Below are positions 1 to 7,636 of a stretch of DNA of 25,507 nucleotides, piece after piece. The notes beneath the pieces were generated by a model. That model was given only the letters and a program-made list of their open reading frames with translations. It did no database searches and was not told where the DNA came from. This DNA comes from a virus. The stretch lies in UHGV virus genome UHGV-0069400; one strand, written 5' to 3'. The position numbers were made by a program, and so were the translations under genes. Numbering within the stretch: position 1 is the first letter of the stretch; every line of letters begins with the position of its first letter.

Positions 1-28
1 TGATGCTAGTGCTCCACAGGGATTTCAA

Positions 29-370
29 ATGGGGGATGCGGCAGAACTTAAGGCTGTGCTTGAGGATGGCGGTATCGCCCGAGTGAAAAAGCAGGATTTG
101 GGAAGCGATGAAATTTCCACACACCTGGAAGCTGGCAAGCTCGTCACAAAGTTGGCTCTCGACTGGCAGAACCGCATTAAATTTACACTGGACCATAACT
201 TCAGCCTTACCAGCGTCAAATTTGCGGATGAATTGCTTGAGCAGAACTCTGATATTGATAGTGAAGATGTTGCGCAGCGACTGGACGCAGATTTCTTCCT
301 GTTAACCAGTGAAATTTCGTGCCTGGTTGATGCTCTGGTAAATGCCCTGGGCGGAGAGGCTAAGCAGTGA
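29..370 (+). CDS. Hypothetical protein, possibly 5'-truncated by the window edge
   Basis: ORF of 113 codons from the first ATG; the frame is open back to nt 2, so the true start may lie upstream of the window. Its TGA stop overlaps the GTG start of the next gene (GTGA). No recognisable motif. Confidence 0.4.
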   Translation: MGDAAELKAVLEDGGIARVKKQDLGSDEISTHLEAGKLVTKLALDWQNRIKFTLDHNFSLTSVKFADELLEQNSDIDSEDVAQRLDADFFLLTSEISCLVDALVNALGGEAKQ

Positions 371-3300
371 AAGAGCTGTGCTATGGATCTGTTTGCAGTG
401 GAATTGAAGCCGCGAGTATTGCCTGGGAACCGTTGGGTATGCGTCCGGCGTGGTTTGCTGAAATCGAGCCTTTTCCATCTGCCGTTCTTGCGCTCCGCTG
501 GCCCCATGTCGCCAACCTTGGCGACATGACAAAACTTGCCAAAAAAGTCTTGGCTGGGGAAATCGAATCCCCTGACGTGCTCGTCGGGGGAACACCATGT
601 TTTACCGCGGGGCATATGGTTCTTTGTAAAAATGGTTATAAACCAATAGAAGATGTTTGCCCTGGCGATTACGTAGTCAGTCATCTCGGGCGGTTACAAC
701 AAGTAAAAAGAGTTGGTTCAAAAATAGCTAATACGGGGTTACTTAATGCCGTTGGGCAGCCTTTAGGTATAAGAACAACCAATGACCATCCCTTCCTGGC
801 GGTTCGGTGGAAAGCCCAAAACACCCGGAAAAATGGCACATATTTTAAGAGAGAGTTGTTGTCTGAACCGGAATGGCGAGCAGCATGTGATATGCCGGGA
901 TATCAATGGTGTGCTCTAACTAATTTCAATATTGCATCTCCAGATATTTGTTCTCGGTTCTTGTCTGAAGAACAGGCTATGTATCTTGCGGGCGCTTATG
1001 TTGGCGATGGATATATTAGGAGATGGAGAGGTAAATCTAAGAAGGCGGTTGTTTTTGGCATAAATTGCCAGAAATTGAGAAAGTTTCATTGCCGCATACC
1101 AGAAAACATATTTTCCGTGGCAAGCGAAATCCGAGGGAGCATCAAAGTAACCTTGAATGATACGTGTTATGCCAATTGGCTTAATGAACATTTTGGCGAG
1201 TTAAGCCATGCTAAGCGTATCCCTGCATGGGTGATGTCGCATCCATTGCGTCATGTGTTTTTACAAGGCTATCTTGATACTGATGGGACACCAAGTGGTA
1301 AAGCGGGATTTAGAATTAATAGTGTTAGTCCTGCGCTTGCTTGGGGCGTTGCGGAGTTGTCACAGACTTGTGGTTATGTTTCTTCGGTCAGCTTTATTGA
1401 AGTTGAGCCCAAAAAAGTGATCGAGGAGCGCGTGGTAAATCAACGGAATTATTATCAGGTAACAATCTGCCCGCAGAAATTGTCACGTAAATCAAGATTG
1501 GCTCATGGAATGCTTTTACGAACAGTCAAAGAGTTTAAATCGGTAGGCCTAGATACTGTATACAACATAGAAGTCGAAGGTGATCATTCCTATATCCTCA
1601 ATGGTGCGGTGGTCCATAACTGTCAGGCATTCAGTATCGCTGGATTACGTGGCGGGCTTGATGATGAGCGTGGCGCGCTAACTTTAAAGTATGTGGAGCT
1701 TGCAAATGCAATTGACGACAAACGGGCTGAGTCATTTCTCAAACCAGCCGTTATCGTCTGGGAAAATGTCCCAGGAGTCTTGTCATCGGCAGATAACGCC
1801 TTCGGGTGTTTCCTTGCCGGATTGGCTGGAGAAGATGCGCCATTTGAACCAGGTGATCGACCTGAATCAGGAAAAAGTAACGCGTTCTGGCGGTGGGATG
1901 GCAAAACCGGTTGCCATGCTCCAAAGTGGCCGCAGTGTGGTTGTATTTATGGACCGCAGCGAAAGGTGGCCTGGAGAATCCTTGATGCCCAATACTTCGG
2001 AGTGGCACAACGACGCCGACGCGTGTTTGTTGTCGCAAGTGCTCGAACAGACCTCGATCCCGCAACGGTACTTTTTGAGTTCGAAGGCGTGCGCCGGGAT
2101 ATTGCGCCGAGCCGAAAAAAGAAGGAAATCGCTTCCGCCATTATTGCAAATGGCGCTGCAATCAGTGGCGAAAGCCTAAATCCATGCCTACACGCTGACA
2201 TGCCACCCGGTATGAAATCGACGAAAGCCGTAAACGCTTTCAGGATGGCAGCATTTGGGGAATATATTGACGATGAAACCGCATCGACAGTAAAGGCAAG
2301 AGATTTTAAAGATGCCACTGACCTTGCCGTTTTTAGCAGCACAGGAGCAGGTTTTTGGTCAGAAGGGCATGGTACATTGCGGGCACGTGAGCAAGAAAGC
2401 CATGAGCATCTTGTTACATTGGCTTTTCCTGAGCGTATGAGCGGTACACAACATGCTGCAACTAAGAATACTTCACCATCTCTAATGGCTAAAAGTCCAA
2501 CAGCTGTTTGCTATGAAGTAAGAAACGCAGAAGTAGCTGTCCGCCGTCTTACCCCTGTCGAATGTGAAAGGCTGCAAGGTTTTCCTGATGGACATACGTT
2601 GATCCCGACGGAAAAGCGTAAAAAAGTTAATTCAGATGAACTGGCATATCTTCGCAATCACTATCCAGATTTAAGCGAAGAAGAGGCCGCGATGCTTGCA
2701 GCTGACGGACCGCGTTACAAAGCGATCGGCAATAGTATGGCAATACCAGTAATGCGCTGGATTGGCGATCGGATTACTAAGGCCGTATGTCGGCAGAAAG
2801 AAAGAAGTGAAACAAAAGAGCGAAAAGTTAAACCAGCGGCAGAATTCGAGCGGTCCATATTCAAATGGGCTGGTGGAAAATTTGGTGTTCTGGAACAAAT
2901 CTTTCGCTATTTGCCAGAAGGGAAGCGCCTGATTGAACCTTTTGTTGGTGGCGGAGCTGTCTTCATGAATGCCGGATACCAGGAAAATCTGCTAAATGAT
3001 GTGAATGCTGACCTGATTAACTTTTACAAGACTCTGCAACGCGAGGCGAATTCACTTATCACTCTGGCACATTGTTTCTTCCAGGACTACAACACACAGG
3101 AAGGATACCTGGCAGTACGGAATGCGTTTAACAAACAAGTCTATGATGATTTACATCGCGCAGCGGCGTTTTTGTTCCTGAACCGACATTGTTTTAACGG
3201 ATTGACGCGTTACAACCAGGCCGGTGAGTTCAATGTCGGTTATGGGAAGTATAAAACTCCGTATTTCCCATTGCAGGAGATGGAAGCCTTCCTTGGTGCG

Positions 3301-3654
3301 GAAGGGCGTTCTGAGTTTGTATGTGGTGATTTTGCTGCGGTGATTGAAGCTGCCGGAGAAGGAGATGTCATCTTTTGCGATCCGCCGTATGAACCGCTCC
3401 CAAATACAGAGGGATTCACGAACTATTCCGGTCATGACTTTAAGTTTGAAGAGCAAAAACGCCTGGTGTCTCTGTTGACGGATGCTCATCGCCGAGGTGC
3501 AAAGGTTCTCATTACTAACAGTGGCGCGCCAAACATCAGAGAACTTTATCAGGACAGTGGCTTCAGAGTGGAACCTCTTTTTGCCAGACGTTCTGTGTCT
3601 TGTAAGGGGGACACTCGAGGTGTTGCTCATGACGTTATAGCGATATTGCTCTAA
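367..3654 (+). CDS. dmt: Bifunctional DNA methyltransferase: N-terminal C5-cytosine MTase (interrupted by an intein) fused to a C-terminal Dam-like N6-adenine MTase
   Basis: 1095-codon ORF, GTG start. C5-MTase motifs: motif [12 protein letters not shown], motif IV split as GGTP / intein / CQAFSIAG, then [40 protein letters not shown]-terminal Dam-like domain: [18 protein letters not shown]. Excising the intein leaves 754 aa. The symbol is assigned by analogy with the P1 bifunctional methyltransferase and is from memory. Confidence 0.8.
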   Translation: MKELCYGSVCSGIEAASIAWEPLGMRPAWFAEIEPFPSAVLALRWPHVANLGDMTKLAKKVLAGEIESPDVLVGGTPCFTAGHMVLCKNGYKPIEDVCPGDYVVSHLGRLQQVKRVGSKIANTGLLNAVGQPLGIRTTNDHPFLAVRWKAQNTRKNGTYFKRELLSEPEWRAACDMPGYQWCALTNFNIASPDICSRFLSEEQAMYLAGAYVGDGYIRRWRGKSKKAVVFGINCQKLRKFHCRIPENIFSVASEIRGSIKVTLNDTCYANWLNEHFGELSHAKRIPAWVMSHPLRHVFLQGYLDTDGTPSGKAGFRINSVSPALAWGVAELSQTCGYVSSVSFIEVEPKKVIEERVVNQRNYYQVTICPQKLSRKSRLAHGMLLRTVKEFKSVGLDTVYNIEVEGDHSYILNGAVVHNCQAFSIAGLRGGLDDERGALTLKYVELANAIDDKRAESFLKPAVIVWENVPGVLSSADNAFGCFLAGLAGEDAPFEPGDRPESGKSNAFWRWDGKTGCHAPKWPQCGCIYGPQRKVAWRILDAQYFGVAQRRRRVFVVASARTDLDPATVLFEFEGVRRDIAPSRKKKEIASAIIANGAAISGESLNPCLHADMPPGMKSTKAVNAFRMAAFGEYIDDETASTVKARDFKDATDLAVFSSTGAGFWSEGHGTLRAREQESHEHLVTLAFPERMSGTQHAATKNTSPSLMAKSPTAVCYEVRNAEVAVRRLTPVECERLQGFPDGHTLIPTEKRKKVNSDELAYLRNHYPDLSEEEAAMLAADGPRYKAIGNSMAIPVMRWIGDRITKAVCRQKERSETKERKVKPAAEFERSIFKWAGGKFGVLEQIFRYLPEGKRLIEPFVGGGAVFMNAGYQENLLNDVNADLINFYKTLQREANSLITLAHCFFQDYNTQEGYLAVRNAFNKQVYDDLHRAAAFLFLNRHCFNGLTRYNQAGEFNVGYGKYKTPYFPLQEMEAFLGAEGRSEFVCGDFAAVIEAAGEGDVIFCDPPYEPLPNTEGFTNYSGHDFKFEEQKRLVSLLTDAHRRGAKVLITNSGAPNIRELYQDSGFRVEPLFARRSVSCKGDTRGVAHDVIAILL
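598..1620 (+). mobile_element. Intein (341 codons) with LAGLIDADG homing-endonuclease domain, inserted in C5-MTase motif IV
   Basis: Starts with Cys ([20 protein letters not shown], block A-like) directly after GGTP. Block B TTNDHPF; two LAGLIDADG motifs ([22 protein letters not shown]); blocks [23 protein letters not shown], ending His-Asn followed by +1 Cys (CQAFSIAG). In-frame joining restores [12 protein letters not shown]. The segment looks AT-richer than the flanks by eye. Confidence 0.85.
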
Positions 3655-3674
3655 TAAATTTATTAGTGTAATAT
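3645..3674 (+). promoter_or_regulatory. C1-type operator pair overlapping a sigma70-like promoter
   Basis: ATTGCTCTAATAAATTT at 3645-3661 is a perfect match to the operator consensus and overlaps the methyltransferase stop codon. An inverted, overlapping second site AAATTTATTAGTGTAAT lies at 3656-3672 (2 mismatches). TTGCTC (3646-3651), 17-nt spacer, TAATAT (3669-3674) forms a -35/-10 pair. Confidence 0.6.
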
Positions 3675-3838
3675 CGCCTCAATGAATCGTGATTTATAGA
3701 GCGATTTAGCTGTTAGCCGCGACAGGCGCGGCGGCAAGTATGGCGGGGTAGTGACTCCTTCCCCCTCATGACGCCGAGTTGCCAGGTTGACCATACACCT
3801 AAGTGGCAACACCGAAGTGCGTTACGAGCTTCCAGTTT

Positions 3839-3864
3839 GCCCATCTTCGGGTGGGCGTTTTTTT
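3839..3864 (+). terminator. Rho-independent terminator
   Basis: 7-bp stem GCCCATC/GGTGGGC (one G-U wobble) with a TTCG tetraloop, followed by G and seven T. Confidence 0.65.
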
Positions 3865-4329
3865 CAGGGTTTTCGTCATGGTTAGCGACTTTGCGGCGGT
3901 TTAGAAACTGACCATTAAAGTAAATGCAAACGATGATCTGATGATGGTAGCGGCCTAAGAAGCCAGACGCCACGGGGTATGAGTCGTCCCCCGTCAAAAA
4001 ATCGACCGCAGAGTGTCCCCGTCTGTGTATTAGGGAACGGGGAGGCACAACAGGTAAGGGCGCTGGTGTGATTAACCAGATGAACGAGAAGGGGCCATCT
4101 GTTGGTCAGCGTCCTTTCCTGTTGCGTCTTCTTTTCAGCGTAACAGCGGTGCTTAACAGCACTTTGGGTACAGTTCCACGAATTTACGGGTATATCCCGT
4201 CATGCTGAAAGCGCTAATCACGCTGGAAGCCAGGGTTATGCATCCCCTGTTACCGAATTGCAGCCAGGGCGCGGTGCGCCGAAAAGCATACGGAGGTGGA
4301 AGCCCTCGCCGGAGACGTACCCGGCAAGT

Positions 4330-4405
4330 GATGGTGTAGCTCAGCGGTTAGAGCGGTTGACTGTTAATCAACGGGTCGATGGTTCAAATCCATCCACCAT
4401 CGCCA
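4330..4405 (+). tRNA. tRNA-Asn (anticodon GTT)
   Basis: 76-nt cloverleaf folded by hand: acceptor GATGGTG/CACCATC, D-arm GCTC-AGCGGTTA-GAGC, anticodon arm GTTGA-CTGTTAA-TCAAC, T-arm GATGG-TTCAAAT-CCATC, discriminator G, encoded CCA. Confidence 0.9.
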
Positions 4406-4407
4406 AT

Positions 4408-4483
4408 GCCGGTTTAGCTCAGTTGGTAGAGCGCCTGCCTTGTAAGCAGGATGTCAGCGGTTCGAGTCCGTTAACCGGCACCA
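4408..4483 (+). tRNA. tRNA-Thr (anticodon TGT)
   Basis: 76-nt cloverleaf: acceptor GCCGGTT/AACCGGC, D-arm GCTC-AGTTGGTA-GAGC, anticodon arm CCTGC-CTTGTAA-GCAGG, T-arm AGCGG-TTCGAGT-CCGTT, encoded CCA. Starts 2 nt after tRNA-Asn. Confidence 0.9.
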
Positions 4484-4491
4484 ACACAACA

Positions 4492-4565
4492 GGTAAGGGT
4501 ATTTTGCGACGTCGGAGATCGCCGTGCTTGGCAGAGGGTTCGAATCCCTACGAAGTACCCTTACC
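4492..4565 (+). ncRNA. tRNA-like element lacking a canonical anticodon arm (tRNA remnant or minimal tRNA-like RNA)
   Basis: 74 nt closed by a perfect 8-bp stem GGTAAGGG/CCCTTACC. Contains a D-arm-like hairpin GCGA-CGTCGGAGA-TCGC and a T-arm-like hairpin AGGG-TTCGAAT-CCCT, but no 5-7-5 anticodon arm, and 8 unpaired nt between the T-stem and the 3' acceptor strand. Starts 8 nt after tRNA-Thr. Confidence 0.45.
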
Positions 4566-4711
4566 GTTGTGATGAAGTGCAGCTCTTAGAAGCAACCAGA
4601 AGATAAGCATCTGGCTTCACAACATAAACCGCAGGAACGACCAATAAACGGTAGTCCGTATGGAGAACACCCCGTTGAGGAAGAGGCCTGGCCGGAACCG
4701 TAACCGGCACT

Positions 4712-4803
4712 ACAACGTTGAGAACACTGGCGTAACGGGGTCATATCCCAATCTACGAATAAATGTTGCGTTGCAGCGTGACAACCAGTGTTCTCAACAT
4801 TGT
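4712..4803 (+). repeat. Structured repeat unit 1: 19-bp inverted-repeat stem enclosing a conserved 25-nt core
   Basis: Arms ACAACGTTGAGAACACTGG (4712-4730) and CCAGTGTTCTCAACATTGT (4785-4803), one mismatch. Inner stem CGTA/TACG and conserved core GTAACGGGGTCATATCCCAATCTAC (4732-4756). Conserved GGTGAATGC follows at 4804-4812. Confidence 0.6.
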
Positions 4804-4996
4804 GGTGAATGCACAGGCTGATGTGCCGCAACTACAGTAGTGCGCGCTTTGCGGGGCTTGCTACAACCCTGTGTCGGAGTTCAGCACCGACCATCACAGT
4901 TTGATTCTCTGGCATGAGCATAACGCTGAAATAAGTCCAGTCTGGTGCGGCCCGATCACCCGCCGTTAGCTCCACGAAACGGAGCACGTAACAGGT

Positions 4997-5056
4997 AAGA
5001 GCATTCTCCTGTAACGGGTTCATATCCCAATCTACAGGTCCACCAAGAATGCTCTT
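4997..5056 (+). repeat. Structured repeat unit 2: second copy of the conserved core with different but still complementary stems
   Basis: Arms AAGAGCATTCT (4997-5007) and AGAATGCTCTT (5046-5056). Inner stem CCTGTA/TACAGG. Core GTAACGGGTTCATATCCCAATCTAC (5011-5035), 24 of 25 identical to unit 1. GGTGAATGC at 5065-5073. Confidence 0.6.
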
Positions 5057-5214
5057 TCCGTTGCGGTGAATGCGGCTAAGCGCACGCGGGGAAATGGTTA
5101 TATCTGTCCATTATTTCTCCTTGTTTCCACGTCCACGGTGGATAACCAGCCAAAGGACACCGGGAGGCACCCGGCACCGCAACCTTATTTCCCAACCAGT
5201 AATGAGGTTAATAA

Positions 5215-5640
5215 ATGCTCGGCATTCTCAAAAAGAAATTCCGCAAAGCGGCTGGCGGAGTCAAGAAGATGGAAAACCGTGATGCGGTGGAAGCGACTGT
5301 CTGGGGCGCATATTCCATTGCATACTCTGACGGCACCTGCGATGCGAAAGAAATTGCAGTATTGGAAAAAACCATTGCAGCACTTCCTGCCTTTGCGCCG
5401 TTCTCCGGTGAAATTGCCCAGATGAGCGCCAATATTCGCGCTCAATATGAAGCCTCGCCGCGCCGAGCGAATGCCCAGGCTTTACGTGAACTGGCTGACG
5501 TGTCTGGAACTAATGATGCGGTAGATGTTCTGTGCCTATGCATTGATATTGCTGACCAGGATGGCATTGGGGCAGAAGAGCAGGAGCAATTGAAGAAAAT
5601 TGCCCAGGCTCTTCAATTGCCACTGGAACAGTATATCTGA
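5215..5640 (+). CDS. tciA: TerB-like protein (tellurite-resistance TerB family; TciA-like)
   Basis: 141 codons. GAGG 7 nt upstream of the ATG. C-terminal VLCLCIDIADQDGIGAEEQEQLKKIAQALQL matches the TerB-type pattern. Position next to tRNAs and the helicase matches my recollection of the P1 tci cluster. Confidence 0.6.
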   Translation: MLGILKKKFRKAAGGVKKMENRDAVEATVWGAYSIAYSDGTCDAKEIAVLEKTIAALPAFAPFSGEIAQMSANIRAQYEASPRRANAQALRELADVSGTNDAVDVLCLCIDIADQDGIGAEEQEQLKKIAQALQLPLEQYI

Positions 5641-5804
5641 TGGTTATAAAAGCACGTCTAATTCTGGCTTTGGTTTTTCTCGTGCTATCTGTGCTGGTGG
5701 ATTTCACCAGCACAATCCTGTCGGTTTTATCCGACGGGGCGTTGGTAGCAGTAGCTGTAACATTGGTATGGCCGATATTTAAACCAGCCTCGAAGGATCA
5801 GTGA
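5640..5804 (+). CDS. Small hydrophobic membrane protein (54 aa)
   Basis: Not in the supplied ORF track. ATG overlaps the upstream TGA (TGATG). Translation MVIKARLILALVFLVLSVLVDFTSTILSVLSDGALVAVAVTLVWPIFKPASKDQ has two predicted TM segments. Confidence 0.45.
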   Translation: MVIKARLILALVFLVLSVLVDFTSTILSVLSDGALVAVAVTLVWPIFKPASKDQ

Positions 5805-5911
5805 TGAGCTTCTGGGATTTTGCAGATAAGTATCCAATTGTTCTCATTATCATTGTTGCCATAGTTGTAGGTGGTATTGTTAGCGCCATTGAAGCACTTA
5901 GGAAACAGTAA
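5804..5911 (+). CDS. Small hydrophobic membrane protein (35 aa)
   Basis: Not in the supplied ORF track. ATG overlaps the preceding TGA. Translation MSFWDFADKYPIVLIIIVAIVVGGIVSAIEALRKQ has a single TM segment. Ends 3 nt before tRNA-Ile. Confidence 0.4.
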   Translation: MSFWDFADKYPIVLIIIVAIVVGGIVSAIEALRKQ

Positions 5912-5914
5912 TCC

Positions 5915-5990
5915 GGCCCTTTAGCTCAGTGGTTAGAGCTGGCGACTCATAATCGCACGGTCACCGGTTCAAGTCCGGTAGGGGCCACCA
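5915..5990 (+). tRNA. tRNA-Ile2 (anticodon CAT, presumably lysidine-modified; elongator Met not excluded)
   Basis: 76-nt cloverleaf: acceptor GGCCCTT/AGGGGCC, D-arm GCTC-AGTGGTTA-GAGC, anticodon loop CTCATAA, T-arm ACCGG-TTCAAGT-CCGGT, encoded CCA. Body resembles E. coli ileX as I recall it; the G1-C72 pair argues against initiator tRNA. Confidence 0.85.
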
Positions 5991-6227
5991 TATTTGGTTG
6001 TAACACGGCGTCTGGCACATGCGTCGTTAGCGGTCTGGTGACGTTAAAGGGGTTACCTTTTCCCCTAGCTCAGGCAACAAACCAGGTAGCCGGAATGTGC
6101 AAGCCCCGTTCATAGCGTCGGACTGCGGATTCACCATCTTGGCGATTCGGTGTGACAGCCGGGAAGAGTCCGGCGAATTAATCCTGATTTTCTGGTGATG
6201 ACTCATATCGTTAGGAGTGATTTGAGT

Positions 6228-6272
6228 ATGCCGATTATATCTGACATTCAGCACGCCTGGGTGGAGTGCTAA
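6228..6272 (+). CDS. Possible 14-codon upstream leader ORF translationally coupled to the helicase gene
   Basis: AGGAG 11 nt upstream of ATG 6228. Encodes MPIISDIQHAWVEC. Its TAA (6270-6272) overlaps the helicase ATG at 6272 (TAATG). Confidence 0.3.
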   Translation: MPIISDIQHAWVEC

Positions 6273-7636
6273 TGTCTGCATCCCCTCTTGAATCCATGCC
6301 AAATTCCCTTAGTGCAGAACAAGCTGTACTTGGTGGCTTAATGCTTGATAACTGCCGCTGGGATGAAGTGGCAGATCGTATAGTTGCTGATGATTTTTAT
6401 ACCAATGCTCATCGTGAAATTTTCAGTGAGATGGAGAGGTTATTAAGTCATGGCAAACCGATTGATTTGATAACACTTGCTGAAGCACTTGAACAGAACG
6501 GTAAATTAGAACGCGCCGGTGGTTTTGCGTACCTTGCGGAGATGTCAAAGAACACGCCCAGCGCGGCAAATATTTGTGCTTATGCGGATATCGTTCGTGA
6601 ACGCGCGGTTGTTCGTGAAATGATTTCCGTCGCAAATGAAATAGCTGAAGCTGGATATGCGCAGGATGGCCGGGGCAGCAATGAAGTGCTGGATATGGCT
6701 GAACGCCGCGTTTTTGAAATAGCTGAAAAACGACAAAAGAGCGGTAGTGGTCCAAAAGATATCGCCAGCATTCTCGATGCAACGGTATCTCGCATAGAAG
6801 AGTTGTTTCAGCGACCGCATGATGGTGTAACGGGACTTGATACCGGATTTACCGATCTCAATAAGAAGACGGCAGGGCTTCAGTCGTCCGATCTCATCAT
6901 TGTCGCCGCCCGCCCATCTATGGGGAAGACCACGTTTGCGATGAATCTCGTCGAAAATGCCGCAGTTCGTAACGATAAGCCCGTATTGGTTTTTAGCCTT
7001 GAGATGCCGAGCCACCAGCTGATGATGCGCTCACTGGCTTCTCTTGCACGCGTTGATCAGACTCGTATTCGAACAGGGCAACTTAACGACGAGGATTGGG
7101 CGCGGGTTTCTGGCGCAATGGGTATTCTGTTGGACAAGCAGAATATTTTTATTGATGACTCAAGCGCCCTGACGCCGACAGAGCTACGTTCCCGCGCTCG
7201 TCGTGTTTATAAAGAAAATGGTGGTTTGAGCATGATTATGATCGACTACTTGCAACTTATGCGCGTCCCGGAGCTGCAAGATAACCGAACGCTGGAAATT
7301 GCCGAGATTTCTCGCTCTCTAAAGGCGTTGGCGAAGGAATTACAAGTACCGGTGGTGGCATTGTCACAACTTAATCGATCGCTTGAACAGCGTGCGGACA
7401 AACGACCGGTAAATTCAGATTTACGTGAATCAGGAGCAATTGAGCAGGACGCAGACCTGATCATGTTTCTGTATCGCGACGAAGTTTATCACCCGGATAG
7501 CGAAATGAAGGGCATTGCCGAGGTAATTATCGGAAAGCAACGAAATGGCCCAATTGGCACGGTGAGATTGGCTTTTAACGGCCAATACTCACGGTTTGAT
7601 AACTATGCTGGTGCTGACTGGCAAGAGGATTATTAA
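6272..7636 (+). CDS. ban: Replicative DNA helicase, DnaB family (P1 Ban-like)
   Basis: About 454 codons. DnaB-like N-terminal domain and RecA-like C-terminal domain with Walker A ARPSMGKTTFA and Walker B LIMIDYLQLM. GGAG 6 nt upstream of ATG 6272; the ORF track begins at an in-frame GTG at 6266. Confidence 0.85.
   Translation: MSASPLESMPNSLSAEQAVLGGLMLDNCRWDEVADRIVADDFYTNAHREIFSEMERLLSHGKPIDLITLAEALEQNGKLERAGGFAYLAEMSKNTPSAANICAYADIVRERAVVREMISVANEIAEAGYAQDGRGSNEVLDMAERRVFEIAEKRQKSGSGPKDIASILDATVSRIEELFQRPHDGVTGLDTGFTDLNKKTAGLQSSDLIIVAARPSMGKTTFAMNLVENAAVRNDKPVLVFSLEMPSHQLMMRSLASLARVDQTRIRTGQLNDEDWARVSGAMGILLDKQNIFIDDSSALTPTELRSRARRVYKENGGLSMIMIDYLQLMRVPELQDNRTLEIAEISRSLKALAKELQVPVVALSQLNRSLEQRADKRPVNSDLRESGAIEQDADLIMFLYRDEVYHPDSEMKGIAEVIIGKQRNGPIGTVRLAFNGQYSRFDNYAGADWQEDY

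Noticed and set aside
4258-4572. 104-codon plus-strand ORF in the supplied track
   Set aside because: It runs straight through tRNA-Asn, tRNA-Thr and the tRNA-like element; the open frame is a by-product of the RNA genes.
4712-5073. CRISPR array as an explanation for the repeated hairpin elements
   Set aside because: There are only two copies about 280 nt apart with long, non-identical stems and no regular repeat-spacer periodicity. No cas genes are present.
3713-5425. ORFs on both strands within the noncoding island (3713..4048 -, 4586..4831 -, 4832..5023 -, 5066..5425 +, 5070..5282 +)
   Set aside because: None has a convincing ribosome-binding site. They overlap hairpins and repeats, and 5066..5425 overlaps the well-supported TerB-like gene in another frame.
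5915-5990. Initiator tRNA-fMet as the identity of the CAT-anticodon tRNA
   Set aside because: Position 1-72 is a normal G-C pair and the anticodon stem lacks the three consecutive G-C pairs of initiator tRNAs. The body resembles the lysidine-type tRNA-Ile2 instead. Elongator Met cannot be excluded without a model search.
6266-6271. GTG at 6266 as the helicase start codon (ORF-track start)
   Set aside because: The in-frame ATG at 6272 has better spacing from the GGAG motif and coincides with the stop of the upstream leader ORF. The difference is two codons.
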